Shown here piece after piece: positions 49,472 through 58,807 of a stretch of DNA of 64,000 nucleotides. Every line of letters begins with the position of its first letter. Positions within the stretch are counted from its first letter, which is position 1. The position numbers and the translations under genes were made by a program. The DNA is from Parcubacteria group bacterium Gr01-1014_8 (lineage in GTDB: Bacteria > Patescibacteriota > Minisyncoccia > Phycocordibacterales > UBA2100). A model generated the notes under the pieces. The model was not told the DNA's origin and did no database searches. It saw nothing but the letters and a program-made list of their open reading frames with translations. Location of the stretch: NCBI GenBank assembly GCA_007376385.1, contig VMGC01000001.1, positions 96,001-160,000 of the forward strand, given 5' to 3'.

Positions 49472-50404
49472 GTGAGAGTGAAAACCGCATCGTCAGGGCG
49501 AGTGCTCTCGGCTCATGTGTGGGGTTTTGTATTGGTTGCCACAATCAGTGTCGTCTTGGGTGCAGCACTGATACGCAACACCGTTCAAGCCGCACCGGCG
49601 ACTACAGACCCAGGGGCAAAATGCGGGGACCCGAAGTTTACGATACCGGACCCTCCATCAATGGAGTTGGTGAACGATGAACACTACAGCAAGGCAAAAT
49701 GGAAAGAATGCATCAAAAAAAGTTGCGAGAAGAAGATAGAAGGAAATTCGGGCTGTTTTGATAAAGACAGTGCAAAATGCAAAGAATACTGTAATAACAA
49801 GTTGACAACGAAAGGCAAAATTACAGGGCAGTGTTGCTCTGAGGTGGTTGAGAAGGGTGGAAAGGATATATGTACCGACGGGCCATGCCAGCCGCCACCG
49901 GGCAAGAAAGCGGGAGGTGAAAAACCTCCGACTGGGGGCGGCAAACCGCCTCCGGGAGGAGGCGAAAAGAAACCTGGGGGAGGTGAAGAGAAACCGCCCG
50001 GCGGTTTACCAGAGATTCCCAAAGGTGGCGGAGAAAAGAAAGAGACGCCGCCTCAAACTACACCTCAAGACCCGTGCGCAGTCGGTGGGGTAGATTGGAG
50101 TACTTCTAAGTGTCGAAATACGGCGCTCGATAAATTAACGGATCTTGCCGGAGATGCCTCGTCTGCGGTCACAGAATCGGCAAAAAAACTTGGCATGATG
50201 ATCATTGGTCCGGTACAGCATTTGTTGACAGGCGATGGACAAAATACTGCGGAACCCGCAACGTACAATGACGTGCCGTTTGCAGGGGTAACGGGCTTTG
50301 GAAATACCGGGACGTCGGGGACGGATGAGAGTTTTCTGCAAAGCGTGGCGGCTAGCCTTAGCCAGCTCTACGGCGCTCTCAATGATCTGTTCACCTGGTT
50401 CTGA
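49472..50404 (+). CDS. Secreted Cys-rich protein with Gly/Pro/Lys-rich low-complexity region
   Basis: TM/signal VWGFVLVATISVVLGAAL, GGKPPPGGGEKKPGGGEEKPPGG tract. Confidence 0.5.
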   Translation: MRVKTASSGRVLSAHVWGFVLVATISVVLGAALIRNTVQAAPATTDPGAKCGDPKFTIPDPPSMELVNDEHYSKAKWKECIKKSCEKKIEGNSGCFDKDSAKCKEYCNNKLTTKGKITGQCCSEVVEKGGKDICTDGPCQPPPGKKAGGEKPPTGGGKPPPGGGEKKPGGGEEKPPGGLPEIPKGGGEKKETPPQTTPQDPCAVGGVDWSTSKCRNTALDKLTDLAGDASSAVTESAKKLGMMIIGPVQHLLTGDGQNTAEPATYNDVPFAGVTGFGNTGTSGTDESFLQSVAASLSQLYGALNDLFTWF

Positions 50405-50419
50405 TCGCTGGTTGTTTGT

Positions 50420-50752
50420 ATGGATGCCATACAGTACGAGGATTTTGCAAAGTTGGATATTAGAGTAGGAACGATACTTGCCGCAGAACGCGTCCCGGAG
50501 ACCGACAAACTTATTAAGTGCACCGTCGATCTCGGAGAGTTGGGCCAAAGAACGATCGTTTCCGGCATCGCACAATTTCGAACACCCGAACAATTGGTCG
50601 GCAAACAGTGTCCGTACATCGTGAATTTAGCGCCTAAAACTTTGCGGGGCATTGAAAGTGAGGGGATGCTGCTGGCGGCTGCGCCTGAAGGGATCGGTCT
50701 TGCACTTTTGCATCCTGATGTTCAGCTTCCTCCCGGCACGAAACTTCGATAG
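50420..50752 (+). CDS. tRNA-binding domain protein (CsaA/EMAP-like OB fold)
   Basis: FAKLDIRVGTILAAERVPETDKLIKCTVDLGE...IVSGIAQF matches the Myf/CsaA tRNA-binding domain. Confidence 0.75.
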   Translation: MDAIQYEDFAKLDIRVGTILAAERVPETDKLIKCTVDLGELGQRTIVSGIAQFRTPEQLVGKQCPYIVNLAPKTLRGIESEGMLLAAAPEGIGLALLHPDVQLPPGTKLR

Positions 50753-50786
50753 AAAAAATACTGGGGATGAGAATATTTTGCGTGAG

Positions 50787-51905
50787 ATGCGGCAGGTTAT
50801 AATCCACGGTATGAATCTTACGCGCGGCCTAGCGCGGTGGTTCCCGACGCCCTCTCTTTTGGCACCACGCGCAGCAGGCATCGACATCACCGACGGTTCG
50901 ATCAAATGGGTCACGCTGGCCAAAATTCGCGGTGCGACGCGCGTTGCGTCGTATGGCTACGAGACGCTCTCGCCTGGCATTGTCGTGAACGGCGCAGTGC
51001 GCGACGTCAAAGCGCTCGCGTCGGCGCTTTCTGGGCTTAAAAAGAAGCTTGGTGCATCGCACGCGCACGCCGCACTTCCAGAAGAAGGTGCGTATGTTTT
51101 TAGCATGAGTGCAGCGGAGGGGTCCTCAAGGCGAGACATACGGAGCACTATCGAGTTTGAGCTCGAGGGACGGGTGCCGATTCCTATTTCGCAAGCAGTG
51201 TACGATTACGACCATATAGAAGATCATCATGATGGAAGCGGATCAGAAATTGCAGTTGCAGTTTTTCCGCGAGAACTTGCAGACGGGTATGCTGCCGCCT
51301 TTGAAGGAGCGGGCATCCACTTATCCTCGCTTGAAATAGAGGCGCGCTCCATCGGGCGGGCTATATCGGAAGGTGCAGGAGAACCGATAACGATGCTTGT
51401 TGACGCAGGCAAGGCGCGTACCGGCATTTCAATCCTTAAGCGAGGCATTCCGATCTTTACCTCTACTGTTGAAGTTGGTGGGGGAAACATGTCGGAAGTG
51501 ATCATGCAGACCCTCGCACTTTCCGAACCGGACGCAGAGAAATTCAAAAATGAGCAGGGTCTTATTGTGACAGACAAAAATAATGCAAAAGGTGCGGAAG
51601 CACTGGAGAAGATAGCTGCCGCGCTCGCGGCAGAAGTGGTTCGTCACTACCATTTTTGGGATACTCGCCGCAACGAACATGGAGAGAGGGTCACACCCAT
51701 CGAGCAAGTATTACTGGTCGGCGGGAGTGCGAACCTCAAAGGCATTACCGATTACATCGCGGGAAAGGTGCAAGCACCGACAGACCGCCCCAATGTGTGG
51801 CGTAACGTGTGTTCGTTTGATGACTATATTCCGCCGATAGATAGACGCGTATCTCTGCAATATGCGACATCCATCGGGCTCGCGCTTCGCGGTGTATCTG
51901 TATGA
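50787..51905 (+). CDS. pilM: Type IV pilus assembly protein PilM (actin-like ATPase fold)
   Basis: GIDITDGSIKWVTL opening, ~370 aa, followed by PilN/PilO-like genes. Start could be 50811. Confidence 0.65.
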   Translation: MRQVIIHGMNLTRGLARWFPTPSLLAPRAAGIDITDGSIKWVTLAKIRGATRVASYGYETLSPGIVVNGAVRDVKALASALSGLKKKLGASHAHAALPEEGAYVFSMSAAEGSSRRDIRSTIEFELEGRVPIPISQAVYDYDHIEDHHDGSGSEIAVAVFPRELADGYAAAFEGAGIHLSSLEIEARSIGRAISEGAGEPITMLVDAGKARTGISILKRGIPIFTSTVEVGGGNMSEVIMQTLALSEPDAEKFKNEQGLIVTDKNNAKGAEALEKIAAALAAEVVRHYHFWDTRRNEHGERVTPIEQVLLVGGSANLKGITDYIAGKVQAPTDRPNVWRNVCSFDDYIPPIDRRVSLQYATSIGLALRGVSV

Positions 51906-52432
51906 GTAACATTCTCCCTCCAGAAGCACTTGCTCGCATTCGCTCCAGTCTGTGGGTGAAGTTTATCCTTGCAACAGGCCTCGTTCTCTCCGGCGCCGCG
52001 GTTGCGGGCATCATTTCGCTCATGCCGGCGTTCTTTCTGGTTTATTTTCCTCACGTTGCGCCGGCCGAAGGACCGGCGAGCAGTACCGAAAATGAAACGC
52101 AACGGCGGGCAGACCAAGATACTGCGATGCGTATTCGGACGTTACTTACGGAAGTTACCGTCATCACTGACAAAAAAGTATCGCCGGTTGAAATGATTGC
52201 TGAAGCATATGCGCTTAAACCCGCGGGGGTGACTGTCGGCGGCGCAACGTACACCAAAGGTACGCCAAATACGATCACTCTCGTCGGCGTAGCAAAAACC
52301 AGGGATGATGTAGGGGCGTTTCGAGACGTTCTCGCGAAGGATGCACGTTTCGAGAAGGTTTCTGTTCCTGTTGCGGCCCTTGTCGGTGCGCTTGAAGGAA
52401 ATTTCACGATAACGATATCAGGACAATTTTGA
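51902..52432 (+). CDS. pilN: PilN-like type IV pilus assembly protein
   Basis: ATGA overlap with pilM, single N-terminal TM, ~176 aa bitopic. Confidence 0.55.
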   Translation: MSNILPPEALARIRSSLWVKFILATGLVLSGAAVAGIISLMPAFFLVYFPHVAPAEGPASSTENETQRRADQDTAMRIRTLLTEVTVITDKKVSPVEMIAEAYALKPAGVTVGGATYTKGTPNTITLVGVAKTRDDVGAFRDVLAKDARFEKVSVPVAALVGALEGNFTITISGQF

Positions 52433-52433
52433 T

Positions 52434-52997
52434 ATGAGCAAACTATTCACATTGGCTTCGTGGGGGTCGTTTCTGCTCGCTATTTTGTTGTGGGCGGGAT
52501 ACGGTTATTTGATCATCAAGCTCGCGGACGAACGGACGCTGTTCTCTGCAACTGAAGTGGAAGCTATCCAAAGCGCGGAACGTAACGCCGCCTCGTCACG
52601 ACTCCACTCACTTATTCGCGATGTAAAATCGGAGCAGGAGCTCCTCGAAGAACTTGCGCGCACTGATGTCTTAACTGCAGTAAAGACGATAGAAGCGGCG
52701 GGAAAATCCGCTGGGGCAAAAGTTACGGTGAGTAATGCGACAGCGTCGCAGCTTGTGAACAAGGCGAACTCGCAATCGGTGAAGGACTTGCGCTCAGTTA
52801 CCGTTACGGTGAATGGAGAAGGTTCGTTTCAATCTTTGATCCGCGCCGCCAAACTTCTTGAAGCGCTTCCCTTTATTGCCTCGGTGCAGAATTTGCAGTT
52901 CGAGGAACTTCCGCTCTCTGCTGACGGTAAAAGAAGGGGAGATGCATGGCGCATGTCGGTCGGCATGCGCATTATTACGACGTCACCCGGCATATGA
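52434..52997 (+). CDS. pilO: PilO-like type IV pilus assembly protein
   Basis: Single N-terminal TM, coiled segment, periplasmic domain. Position after pilMN. Confidence 0.5.
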   Translation: MSKLFTLASWGSFLLAILLWAGYGYLIIKLADERTLFSATEVEAIQSAERNAASSRLHSLIRDVKSEQELLEELARTDVLTAVKTIEAAGKSAGAKVTVSNATASQLVNKANSQSVKDLRSVTVTVNGEGSFQSLIRAAKLLEALPFIASVQNLQFEELPLSADGKRRGDAWRMSVGMRIITTSPGI

Positions 52998-53290
52998 GAG
53001 ATATTCATGTGAAATCATTGCGGGAGACGTACAGGCTTGCGCATGAACCAGAAAGCATGCGACGTCTCGCCGATGTGTATTGGCTGTTCATCGTCTGTAT
53101 AGGTACGCTTGCTATGCTTGGCAGCGTAGGGTACGGCATGTGGTTGCTCTTCGTGCCGCCGAGCCGGGAAGTGTCAGAAGCGGTTGTTGGCAGCGGTCGC
53201 ACATCCGGGTTTGATAAAGCGGAACTGCAAAAAGCTGTTCAGGAATTGCAGAAGCGGCAAGATGAGTTCAATGCGATGATGACAAACTAG
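52994..53290 (+). CDS. Small single-TM protein (PilP-like?)
   Basis: ATGA overlap with pilO. TM VYWLFIVCIGTLAMLGSVGYGMWLLF. Confidence 0.35.
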   Translation: MRDIHVKSLRETYRLAHEPESMRRLADVYWLFIVCIGTLAMLGSVGYGMWLLFVPPSREVSEAVVGSGRTSGFDKAELQKAVQELQKRQDEFNAMMTN

Positions 53291-53318
53291 GGTTAGAATT
53301 GAGTGTTATAATCCTCGG

Positions 53319-53627
53319 ATGCCATACAAATATCGAAAAGATTTGTACGCTGCTCAAAAGAGGCATCGTATACGAGTACGAGAAAAACTGCTCGGATTTC
53401 TTAGTACGAAACAGTGCATCGATTGCGGCGAGAAAGATCCAATTGTTTTGGATTTTGATCATATTGATAGAGCGAGTAAATCCAGAAATGTTGCGGGATT
53501 TTTATCGGGGCATTGGTCTTGGGAGTCTGTTCTAACAGAGATTCGTAAATGCGAAATCAGATGCGCCAATTGTCACCGGCGAAAAACCTATCATCAATTC
53601 GGTTCTTTTGGTAGAACTATCAAGTAG
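53319..53627 (+). CDS. HNH endonuclease
   Basis: CIDCGEKDPIVLDFDHIDRAS...CANCHRRKTY HNH/zinc motif. Ends at first nt of tRNA-Arg. Confidence 0.75.
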   Translation: MPYKYRKDLYAAQKRHRIRVREKLLGFLSTKQCIDCGEKDPIVLDFDHIDRASKSRNVAGFLSGHWSWESVLTEIRKCEIRCANCHRRKTYHQFGSFGRTIK

Positions 53628-53698
53628 CCCCCGTAGTTTAATGGATAAAACAGCGGACTTCTAAGCCGTTGATCGAGGTTCGATTCCTCGCGGGGGCA
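53627..53698 (+). tRNA. tRNA-Arg (anticodon TCT)
   Basis: Acceptor gcccccg/cgggggc, D arm gttt-aatggata-aaac, anticodon loop cttctaa (one A.G mismatch in stem), T arm cgagg-ttcgatt-cctcg. Confidence 0.6.
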
Positions 53699-53720
53699 AA
53701 AAAATGTATAGTAGGAGTTC

Positions 53721-53793
53721 GGGCGGTTAGCTCAGTTGGTAGAGCAACCCCTTTACACGGGGAAGGTCACAGGTTCGAGTCCTGTATCGCCCA
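53721..53793 (+). tRNA. tRNA-Val (anticodon TAC)
   Basis: Acceptor gggcggt/atcgccc, D arm gctc-agttggta-gagc, anticodon loop tttacac, T arm acagg-ttcgagt-cctgt. Confidence 0.7.
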
Positions 53794-53960
53794 CAAAATA
53801 GTAAACTATTTTGTGGCGGTAAGTGCGCAAACTGATTTGCGCACGTCAGGACGAGAACGCCGGAGCGATGTCGCGCGAGGACGCGCGACCGCGAGGCGGT
53901 GCCCAGACCGAGGCGAGCGGCGGCGAGCGGAGAGTCGCGGGAGAGTCCTGTATCGCCCAC
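53794..53960 (+). other. tRNA-linked structured element copy 2: ~150-nt hairpin-rich segment closed by an 18-bp duplicate of the tRNA-Val 3' end
   Basis: gagtcctgtatcgcccac at 53777-53794 and 53943-53960. Same three conserved motifs as copy 1 in the same order. Hairpins gtgcgcaaactgatttgcgcac and gtcgcgcgaggacgcgcgac. Confidence 0.6.
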
Positions 53961-54004
53961 TCTGGTTTGATAATGGTCCAGCGGTGTGTTACAGTCCTGG
54001 CCGT

Positions 54005-54451
54005 ATGGTTGCTAATAAAGTCGTTGTTTCTCCAGTCGACATGACCGCGCGAAAGGCGCTTGACGTGCGTCCGGGTGATACCGTGCGCGTGTTCCAAAAG
54101 ATAGAGGAGGAAAAGGGGAAGTACCGTCTTCAAGCGTTTGAAGGGTTGGTGTTGGCGCGAAAACACGGCACTGAAGCTGGCGCGACGTTCACTGTGCGAA
54201 AAGTGACAAGCGGTGTCGGTGTTGAAAAGATATTTCCGCTCTATTCTCCAATGATAGATAAAGTCGAGATAGTAAAGCGTGCTCGAGTGCGCCGTGCGAA
54301 GCTCTATTATATTCGAGACAAAGTTGCTCGCGAAGCGCGCCGACAACTTCGCCGCGCGAAAGTCGTGGTCCCGTTGCAAGGCGAAGTGGTTCTCGACGAT
54401 GCGGCCGAACCTGTCGCTGAAGAAGTTGGAACTCCAGAGAAAAGTGAGTAA
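54005..54451 (+). CDS. rplS: 50S ribosomal protein L19 with C-terminal acidic extension
   Basis: GDTVRVFQKIEEEKGKYRLQAFEGLVLARKH...FTVRKVTSGVGVEKIFPLYSPMIDKVEIVKRARVRRAKLYYIR. Start trimmed to MVANKV. Confidence 0.85.
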   Translation: MVANKVVVSPVDMTARKALDVRPGDTVRVFQKIEEEKGKYRLQAFEGLVLARKHGTEAGATFTVRKVTSGVGVEKIFPLYSPMIDKVEIVKRARVRRAKLYYIRDKVAREARRQLRRAKVVVPLQGEVVLDDAAEPVAEEVGTPEKSE

Positions 54452-54521
54452 TCAGGGGGCCTCTTTTTATTTGTCCACAACTGGTAGACGCTATATACTT
54501 GAGTTATGTTATATTTGTGCG

Positions 54522-55199
54522 ATGGGGAAGCGAGGACCCAAGCCTGGATTCAAAATTACACGTCGTGTCTCAGAGAAATGGACGCCGGAATTAGCATATG
54601 CGATCGGGCTTCTTGCGACAGACGGTTGTCTTGCGCGGCACCAGTCGCTAATTGATCTGACGTCAAAAGATCAGGAGCAATTGAAGAATTTCTCAAAGTG
54701 TATTGGAATTCCACTTTTCATCGGCACGAAATTTGGTAGTCACCATAAGGGCGTATATTACAGAGTTCAATTTAAGAATCTCATCTTCTATAACTTTCTC
54801 CTCTCCGTTGGTCTGACGCCGGCAAAATCGAAAACGATGGGAGCGCTTGGGGTTCCGAAAGAATATTTCTGGGACTTTCTTCGCGGATCTTACGATGGTG
54901 ATGGATGTTCATATTCATATTGGGATCCACGATGGAAATCGAGTTTTATGTTTTACACGAGTTTTGTTTCCGCGAGTCGAGAGCATATTGATTGGTTGCA
55001 AAAAGAGATTTTTGCGCGGCTCAAAATCACTGGGCACATCACGCAGGCTAAAAGAAATATCTTGTACCAACTTAAGTACGCAAAAAGTGATTCCCTGAAG
55101 TTACTGAAAAAAATGTATCACTCGAGTAAAGTTATTTGTCTTTCGCGAAAAAGATTGAAAATAGAGCGAATTTTGAGTACAGTTAGCGAGAAGCTGTAA
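54522..55199 (+). CDS. Free-standing double-motif LAGLIDADG homing endonuclease
   Basis: LAYAIGLLATDGCL (motif 1) and FLRGSYDGDGCSY (motif 2). Lies between rplS and tRNA-Leu. Confidence 0.75.
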   Translation: MGKRGPKPGFKITRRVSEKWTPELAYAIGLLATDGCLARHQSLIDLTSKDQEQLKNFSKCIGIPLFIGTKFGSHHKGVYYRVQFKNLIFYNFLLSVGLTPAKSKTMGALGVPKEYFWDFLRGSYDGDGCSYSYWDPRWKSSFMFYTSFVSASREHIDWLQKEIFARLKITGHITQAKRNILYQLKYAKSDSLKLLKKMYHSSKVICLSRKRLKIERILSTVSEKL

Positions 55200-55208
55200 A
55201 GCTTTGAT

Positions 55209-55293
55209 GCGCAGGTGGCGAAATTTGGTACACGCACTACCTTGAGGTGGTAGCGCCCTAACGGGCATGGGAGTTCGAGTCTCCCCCTGCGCA
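55209..55293 (+). tRNA. tRNA-Leu (anticodon GAG)
   Basis: Acceptor gcgcagg/cctgcgc, anticodon arm ctacc-ttgaggt-ggtag, long variable arm, T arm gggag-ttcgagt-ctccc. Confidence 0.7.
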
Positions 55294-55476
55294 CAGAATT
55301 GGACTCTTTGAGTATTTTTCTCGAATCTGTCGTTGTTTTGCGGCGTTTTTTGGCGGTTCTAACATCGTCTAATCCACAGGAGGTTGAAAATTGCAACTTT
55401 TTGAAAATAGCCCCAACTATAAAAGTGTTTGGGCGGTTCTAACTGTCTTGGCAGATTTCCTATAAGATATCTAAGT

Positions 55477-56301
55477 ATGGGGTTCTTTGTTGTTGGTCTA
55501 ATTCTTGTGGCAGGGTCATGGTTTTTGGCATGGACGCAGATATCTCCTATCGCGGTGTATCATTTCCCGCCTTTGTGGCTTGGCTACATTCTCACTGTAA
55601 ATGGACTATGCGAATTGTTGTTTAAGGACTCCACAATTCGGCGAATGGGGCGGGGATTTCTTCTGCTGTTCATTTTTTCTATCCCACTATGGTGGTTTTT
55701 TGAATATCTAAATACCATTGTCCAAAACTGGTATTATGTATTTCCTCAGGACTGGTCGCAACCAACTCAGATTTTCTTGAAAACTATTAGTTTCTCAACT
55801 GTTATTCCCGCCGCATATTCGAGCGCCTTTTTTGTCTACCAGCTTTTAAAAAATACATTGAGTGCTTGGAGTACCCGCATCTTGCTCAATCGATCTTTAA
55901 TTTTTGGAATGGGCATTTTTACTTTTCTGCTTATAGTTTTGTATCCAAAATTGTTCTTTCCGCTTGTTTGGATTGCGCCATTACTGATGCTTGAAGCCTT
56001 TAACAGCCGGTTTGGATTTTACTCTCTACTGGACGAGCTTAAAGAAGGTAAATGGTCTATGATTGTCGCATTTTCTCTAGGCACTCTACTAACGGGTTTC
56101 TTTTGGGAAATGTGGAACTTCTACGCATTTCCAAAATGGTATTACACAATTCCACTTTTCGATTTTTGGAGGGTCTTTGAAATGCCAATACTCGGGTATG
56201 GCGGATACCTGCCGTTTGGGCTTTTTGTTTTTACCTTTTCAGCCACGGCCGCTGGTTTACTGCGAAAAATTGGAGTTCAGTCGATAATCCCGCGGTTCTA
56301 A
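55477..56301 (+). CDS. Hypothetical polytopic membrane protein
   Basis: ~8 TM helices. Flanked by gcggttctaac motif copies at 55433 and 56293. Confidence 0.5.
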   Translation: MGFFVVGLILVAGSWFLAWTQISPIAVYHFPPLWLGYILTVNGLCELLFKDSTIRRMGRGFLLLFIFSIPLWWFFEYLNTIVQNWYYVFPQDWSQPTQIFLKTISFSTVIPAAYSSAFFVYQLLKNTLSAWSTRILLNRSLIFGMGIFTFLLIVLYPKLFFPLVWIAPLLMLEAFNSRFGFYSLLDELKEGKWSMIVAFSLGTLLTGFFWEMWNFYAFPKWYYTIPLFDFWRVFEMPILGYGGYLPFGLFVFTFSATAAGLLRKIGVQSIIPRF

Positions 56302-56334
56302 CTTCGCTCATGATGATATGTTACACTGTGAGCT

Positions 56335-56544
56335 ATGAAAGTTGAATTTGAAAAAGAGACGGATGGTCGCTGGATCGCAGAAATACCGGAGTTGCCAGGA
56401 GTTATGGCGTATGGCAAGACAAAACAGGAAGCTCAGCGAAAAGTGTATGCCGTGGCTTTACGCACCCTCGCCGATACGGTAGAGCGTGGCACTACTCCGG
56501 CACCTGTCTCTCGAATCTTCAAGTATGGAATGGCCAGCCGTTAA
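56335..56544 (+). CDS. hicB: HicB-family antitoxin (UPF0150)
   Basis: MKVEFEKETDGRWIAEIPELPGVMAYGKTKQEAQRKV matches HicB N-terminal RNase-H-like fold. Confidence 0.7.
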   Translation: MKVEFEKETDGRWIAEIPELPGVMAYGKTKQEAQRKVYAVALRTLADTVERGTTPAPVSRIFKYGMASR

Positions 56545-56734
56545 GGCTTCGAAGGTTCTTAAGGCGCTTATTAATCTCGGCTGGAACATCAAGCGACAGA
56601 AAGGCTCACATCGGATTTTAGGAAAGTCGGGCTGGAAAGATATTACGTTTGCTTTTCATGATAGAGAAGAAATAGGGCCGCGTATGCTCGCCCGTATTGC
56701 AAAACATACTGACTTAACACCGGAAGATTTATAA
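56525..56734 (+). CDS. hicA: HicA-family mRNA interferase toxin
   Basis: KASKVLKALINLGWNIKRQKGSHRIL...ITFAFHDREEIGPRMLARIAK dsRBD-like HicA signature. Overlaps hicB by 20 nt. Confidence 0.7.
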   Translation: MEWPAVKASKVLKALINLGWNIKRQKGSHRILGKSGWKDITFAFHDREEIGPRMLARIAKHTDLTPEDL

Positions 56735-57002
56735 AACGTTTACAACTTACTCAAAAGTCTGCACATTGGTGATTTCTCACTTCGTTCATTAATCCGCACC
56801 AAATGTAACTTGTTCGGAAATGACTGCTCCGCGCGGCGGCTTCCTTAGTTCCGTTCAAAGTAGGTTCGCGCAAAGTGTATAATTACAGCACAAAAAGATA
56901 AGCGTTGCCGTCGTTTGCTATGATTGCGTCATGGCACTCTTTACCCCGGTTAGATAGCTTCGCATCTAATGGGGCAGGCGGGGGAAAGGGTTTTACATTT
57001 TT

Positions 57003-57560
57003 ATGGCGTTATTTACCGGCAAAGGCGATCAGGGCACAACGAAACTCTTTGATACGCAATCTGGTGCGCGGGTGTCGAAAGCGTCGCCAATTTTTGAGAC
57101 GTTGGGGATGCTCGATGAGTTGAACACGCTGGTCGGGTGGTGCAAGGTAGCCGTCCCTGACGATTTTGTTGTGCAGGGACGTACGGTGAAAGAGAGGCTA
57201 CACGAAGTACAGGATTTTTTGTTCACGATACAGGCGGAAGTTGCCGGCGCTGGGAAATTTGTCCCGCAAGAAAGTGTTGATGCGCTAAGCATGTTTATCA
57301 ACGAGATTGAAAAAGAATTGCCTCCTATCAAAACCTTTTTAGTTCCCGGCGGGACGGAATTATCTGCGCGGTTTGATGTAACACGTGCAGTGTCGCGCAG
57401 AGCGGAGAGGCGGCTGGTGAATGTCCACGAATCAGGCGAGAGAACTGTTTCAGGATCAAGTCGCGCATATGCAAACAGGCTTTCCTCTTTATTCTATGCG
57501 CTTACGAGACTTACAAATCATCGAGCGGGCGTCAGCGAAAGTCCTCCACATTACAAATGA
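57003..57560 (+). CDS. ATP:cob(I)alamin adenosyltransferase, PduO-type
   Basis: MALFTGKGDQGTTKLFDTQSGARVSKASPIFETLGMLDELN matches the PduO/MMAB N-terminal signature. Confidence 0.75.
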   Translation: MALFTGKGDQGTTKLFDTQSGARVSKASPIFETLGMLDELNTLVGWCKVAVPDDFVVQGRTVKERLHEVQDFLFTIQAEVAGAGKFVPQESVDALSMFINEIEKELPPIKTFLVPGGTELSARFDVTRAVSRRAERRLVNVHESGERTVSGSSRAYANRLSSLFYALTRLTNHRAGVSESPPHYK

Positions 57561-58654
57561 TACGACGCTATCTACCAAGAAGTACGGAAGAACTCATATC
57601 GTGGTACGAACGATATATTTCGCCATTTTCTCTCTTGGTGGGATTCACCATAGATAATCTTGCGATACGTCAAATAGATCTGTGGCTCTCAAGTTTGGTG
57701 CTCGCAGGGTATCTTTCGCTTGCTGCTATCGGGACCATACTCATCAATCTTGTTGGATCGGGGAGATTGCGGCATCAAGTCGCTCTTACTGTCGCTCCAT
57801 TTATTCCAGTCGTTGTGCAATTCGCTTTCGGAGGGCTCTTTAGTGGTTTTGTGATCCTCTACTCACGCAGTGCAGCGATCGCAGTAAGCTGGGTCTTCGT
57901 AGTTCTTCTTGCAGCACTGCTCTTAGGGAACGAGCGTTTTCGCACATTTTATACCCGCTTTCCTTTCCAAATAGGGATCCTCTTTTTCGGCTTGCTCTCG
58001 TTCATGATATTTTATGTGCCGTTCATCACGAAAACGATAGGTCCGTGGATGTTTGTCATCAGTGGTGCGGTCAGCGTTACGCTGATAGCACTCTATTTAT
58101 ACATATCCTCGTTTTATATCCGCGAGCTTGTAAAAGAGACACGCACTACGGTTGCACGGACGATAGCCGGCATATTCTTTTTCATCATGATCCTTTATTT
58201 TCTCGGCGCTATTCCGCCGCTCCCTCTCTCCCTTCGAGATGTTGGCGTGCTCCACTCGATCCAGAGGACAGGCGATACATATGCAGTCACGTATGAATCC
58301 AGAACATGGTACGAAATGTATTTTCGTTACAAACAGGTGTACCATCTTGCGCCCGGCGAGGTTGTGTACGTGTACACCGCTATTTTTGCACCCAGTGGTA
58401 TATCTACCGGCATCGTCCATGAGTGGCAGAAATACGATGCGCTGAAGGGCAGTTGGGTCACTGAACATGTGCTCACCTTTCCAATACAGGGTGGTCGTGA
58501 AGGGGGTTACCGTGGGTACTCTCTAAAACGGGATGTAAGCCCGGGGGAATGGCGTGTGAATGTGATGACGGACTATGGGCAGCTGATCGGCCGTGTTGGG
58601 TTCCGAGTCGAAAAGGTTGATGCTCCCGTGGCTCTACAGAGCGATAAGTTCTAA
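57557..58654 (+). CDS. Polytopic membrane protein with C-terminal DUF2914-like beta domain
   Basis: ATGA overlap with upstream gene, ~7 TM helices, C-terminal FPIQGGREGGYRGYSLKRDVSPGEWRVNVMTDYGQLIGRVGFRV. Confidence 0.45.
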   Translation: MIRRYLPRSTEELISWYERYISPFSLLVGFTIDNLAIRQIDLWLSSLVLAGYLSLAAIGTILINLVGSGRLRHQVALTVAPFIPVVVQFAFGGLFSGFVILYSRSAAIAVSWVFVVLLAALLLGNERFRTFYTRFPFQIGILFFGLLSFMIFYVPFITKTIGPWMFVISGAVSVTLIALYLYISSFYIRELVKETRTTVARTIAGIFFFIMILYFLGAIPPLPLSLRDVGVLHSIQRTGDTYAVTYESRTWYEMYFRYKQVYHLAPGEVVYVYTAIFAPSGISTGIVHEWQKYDALKGSWVTEHVLTFPIQGGREGGYRGYSLKRDVSPGEWRVNVMTDYGQLIGRVGFRVEKVDAPVALQSDKF

Positions 58655-58807
58655 CCCCCTCCTGTACACCTGCATATCTTGACGCTGTTGTAGGGGGGTT
58701 CACAATCAATCCAGGTCGACGTATTGGAGCGGCAGTAGATTGCACATGTTGCGATTCCGAATTCCAATATTGGTTACATTTTAATAACATAAAGACATAT
58801 AACCAGT

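Noticed and set aside
53669-54451. 260-aa ORF reading through tRNA-Val and the tRNA-linked element
   Set aside because: The N-terminal 112 codons cover a tRNA gene and hairpin-rich repeat DNA. The recognisable L19 sequence begins at MVANKV (54005), so the gene was trimmed.
56735-57002. Cobalamin riboswitch upstream of the PduO-type adenosyltransferase
   Set aside because: No B12-box-like conserved core could be recognised by eye, so it is not reportable without a covariance-model search.
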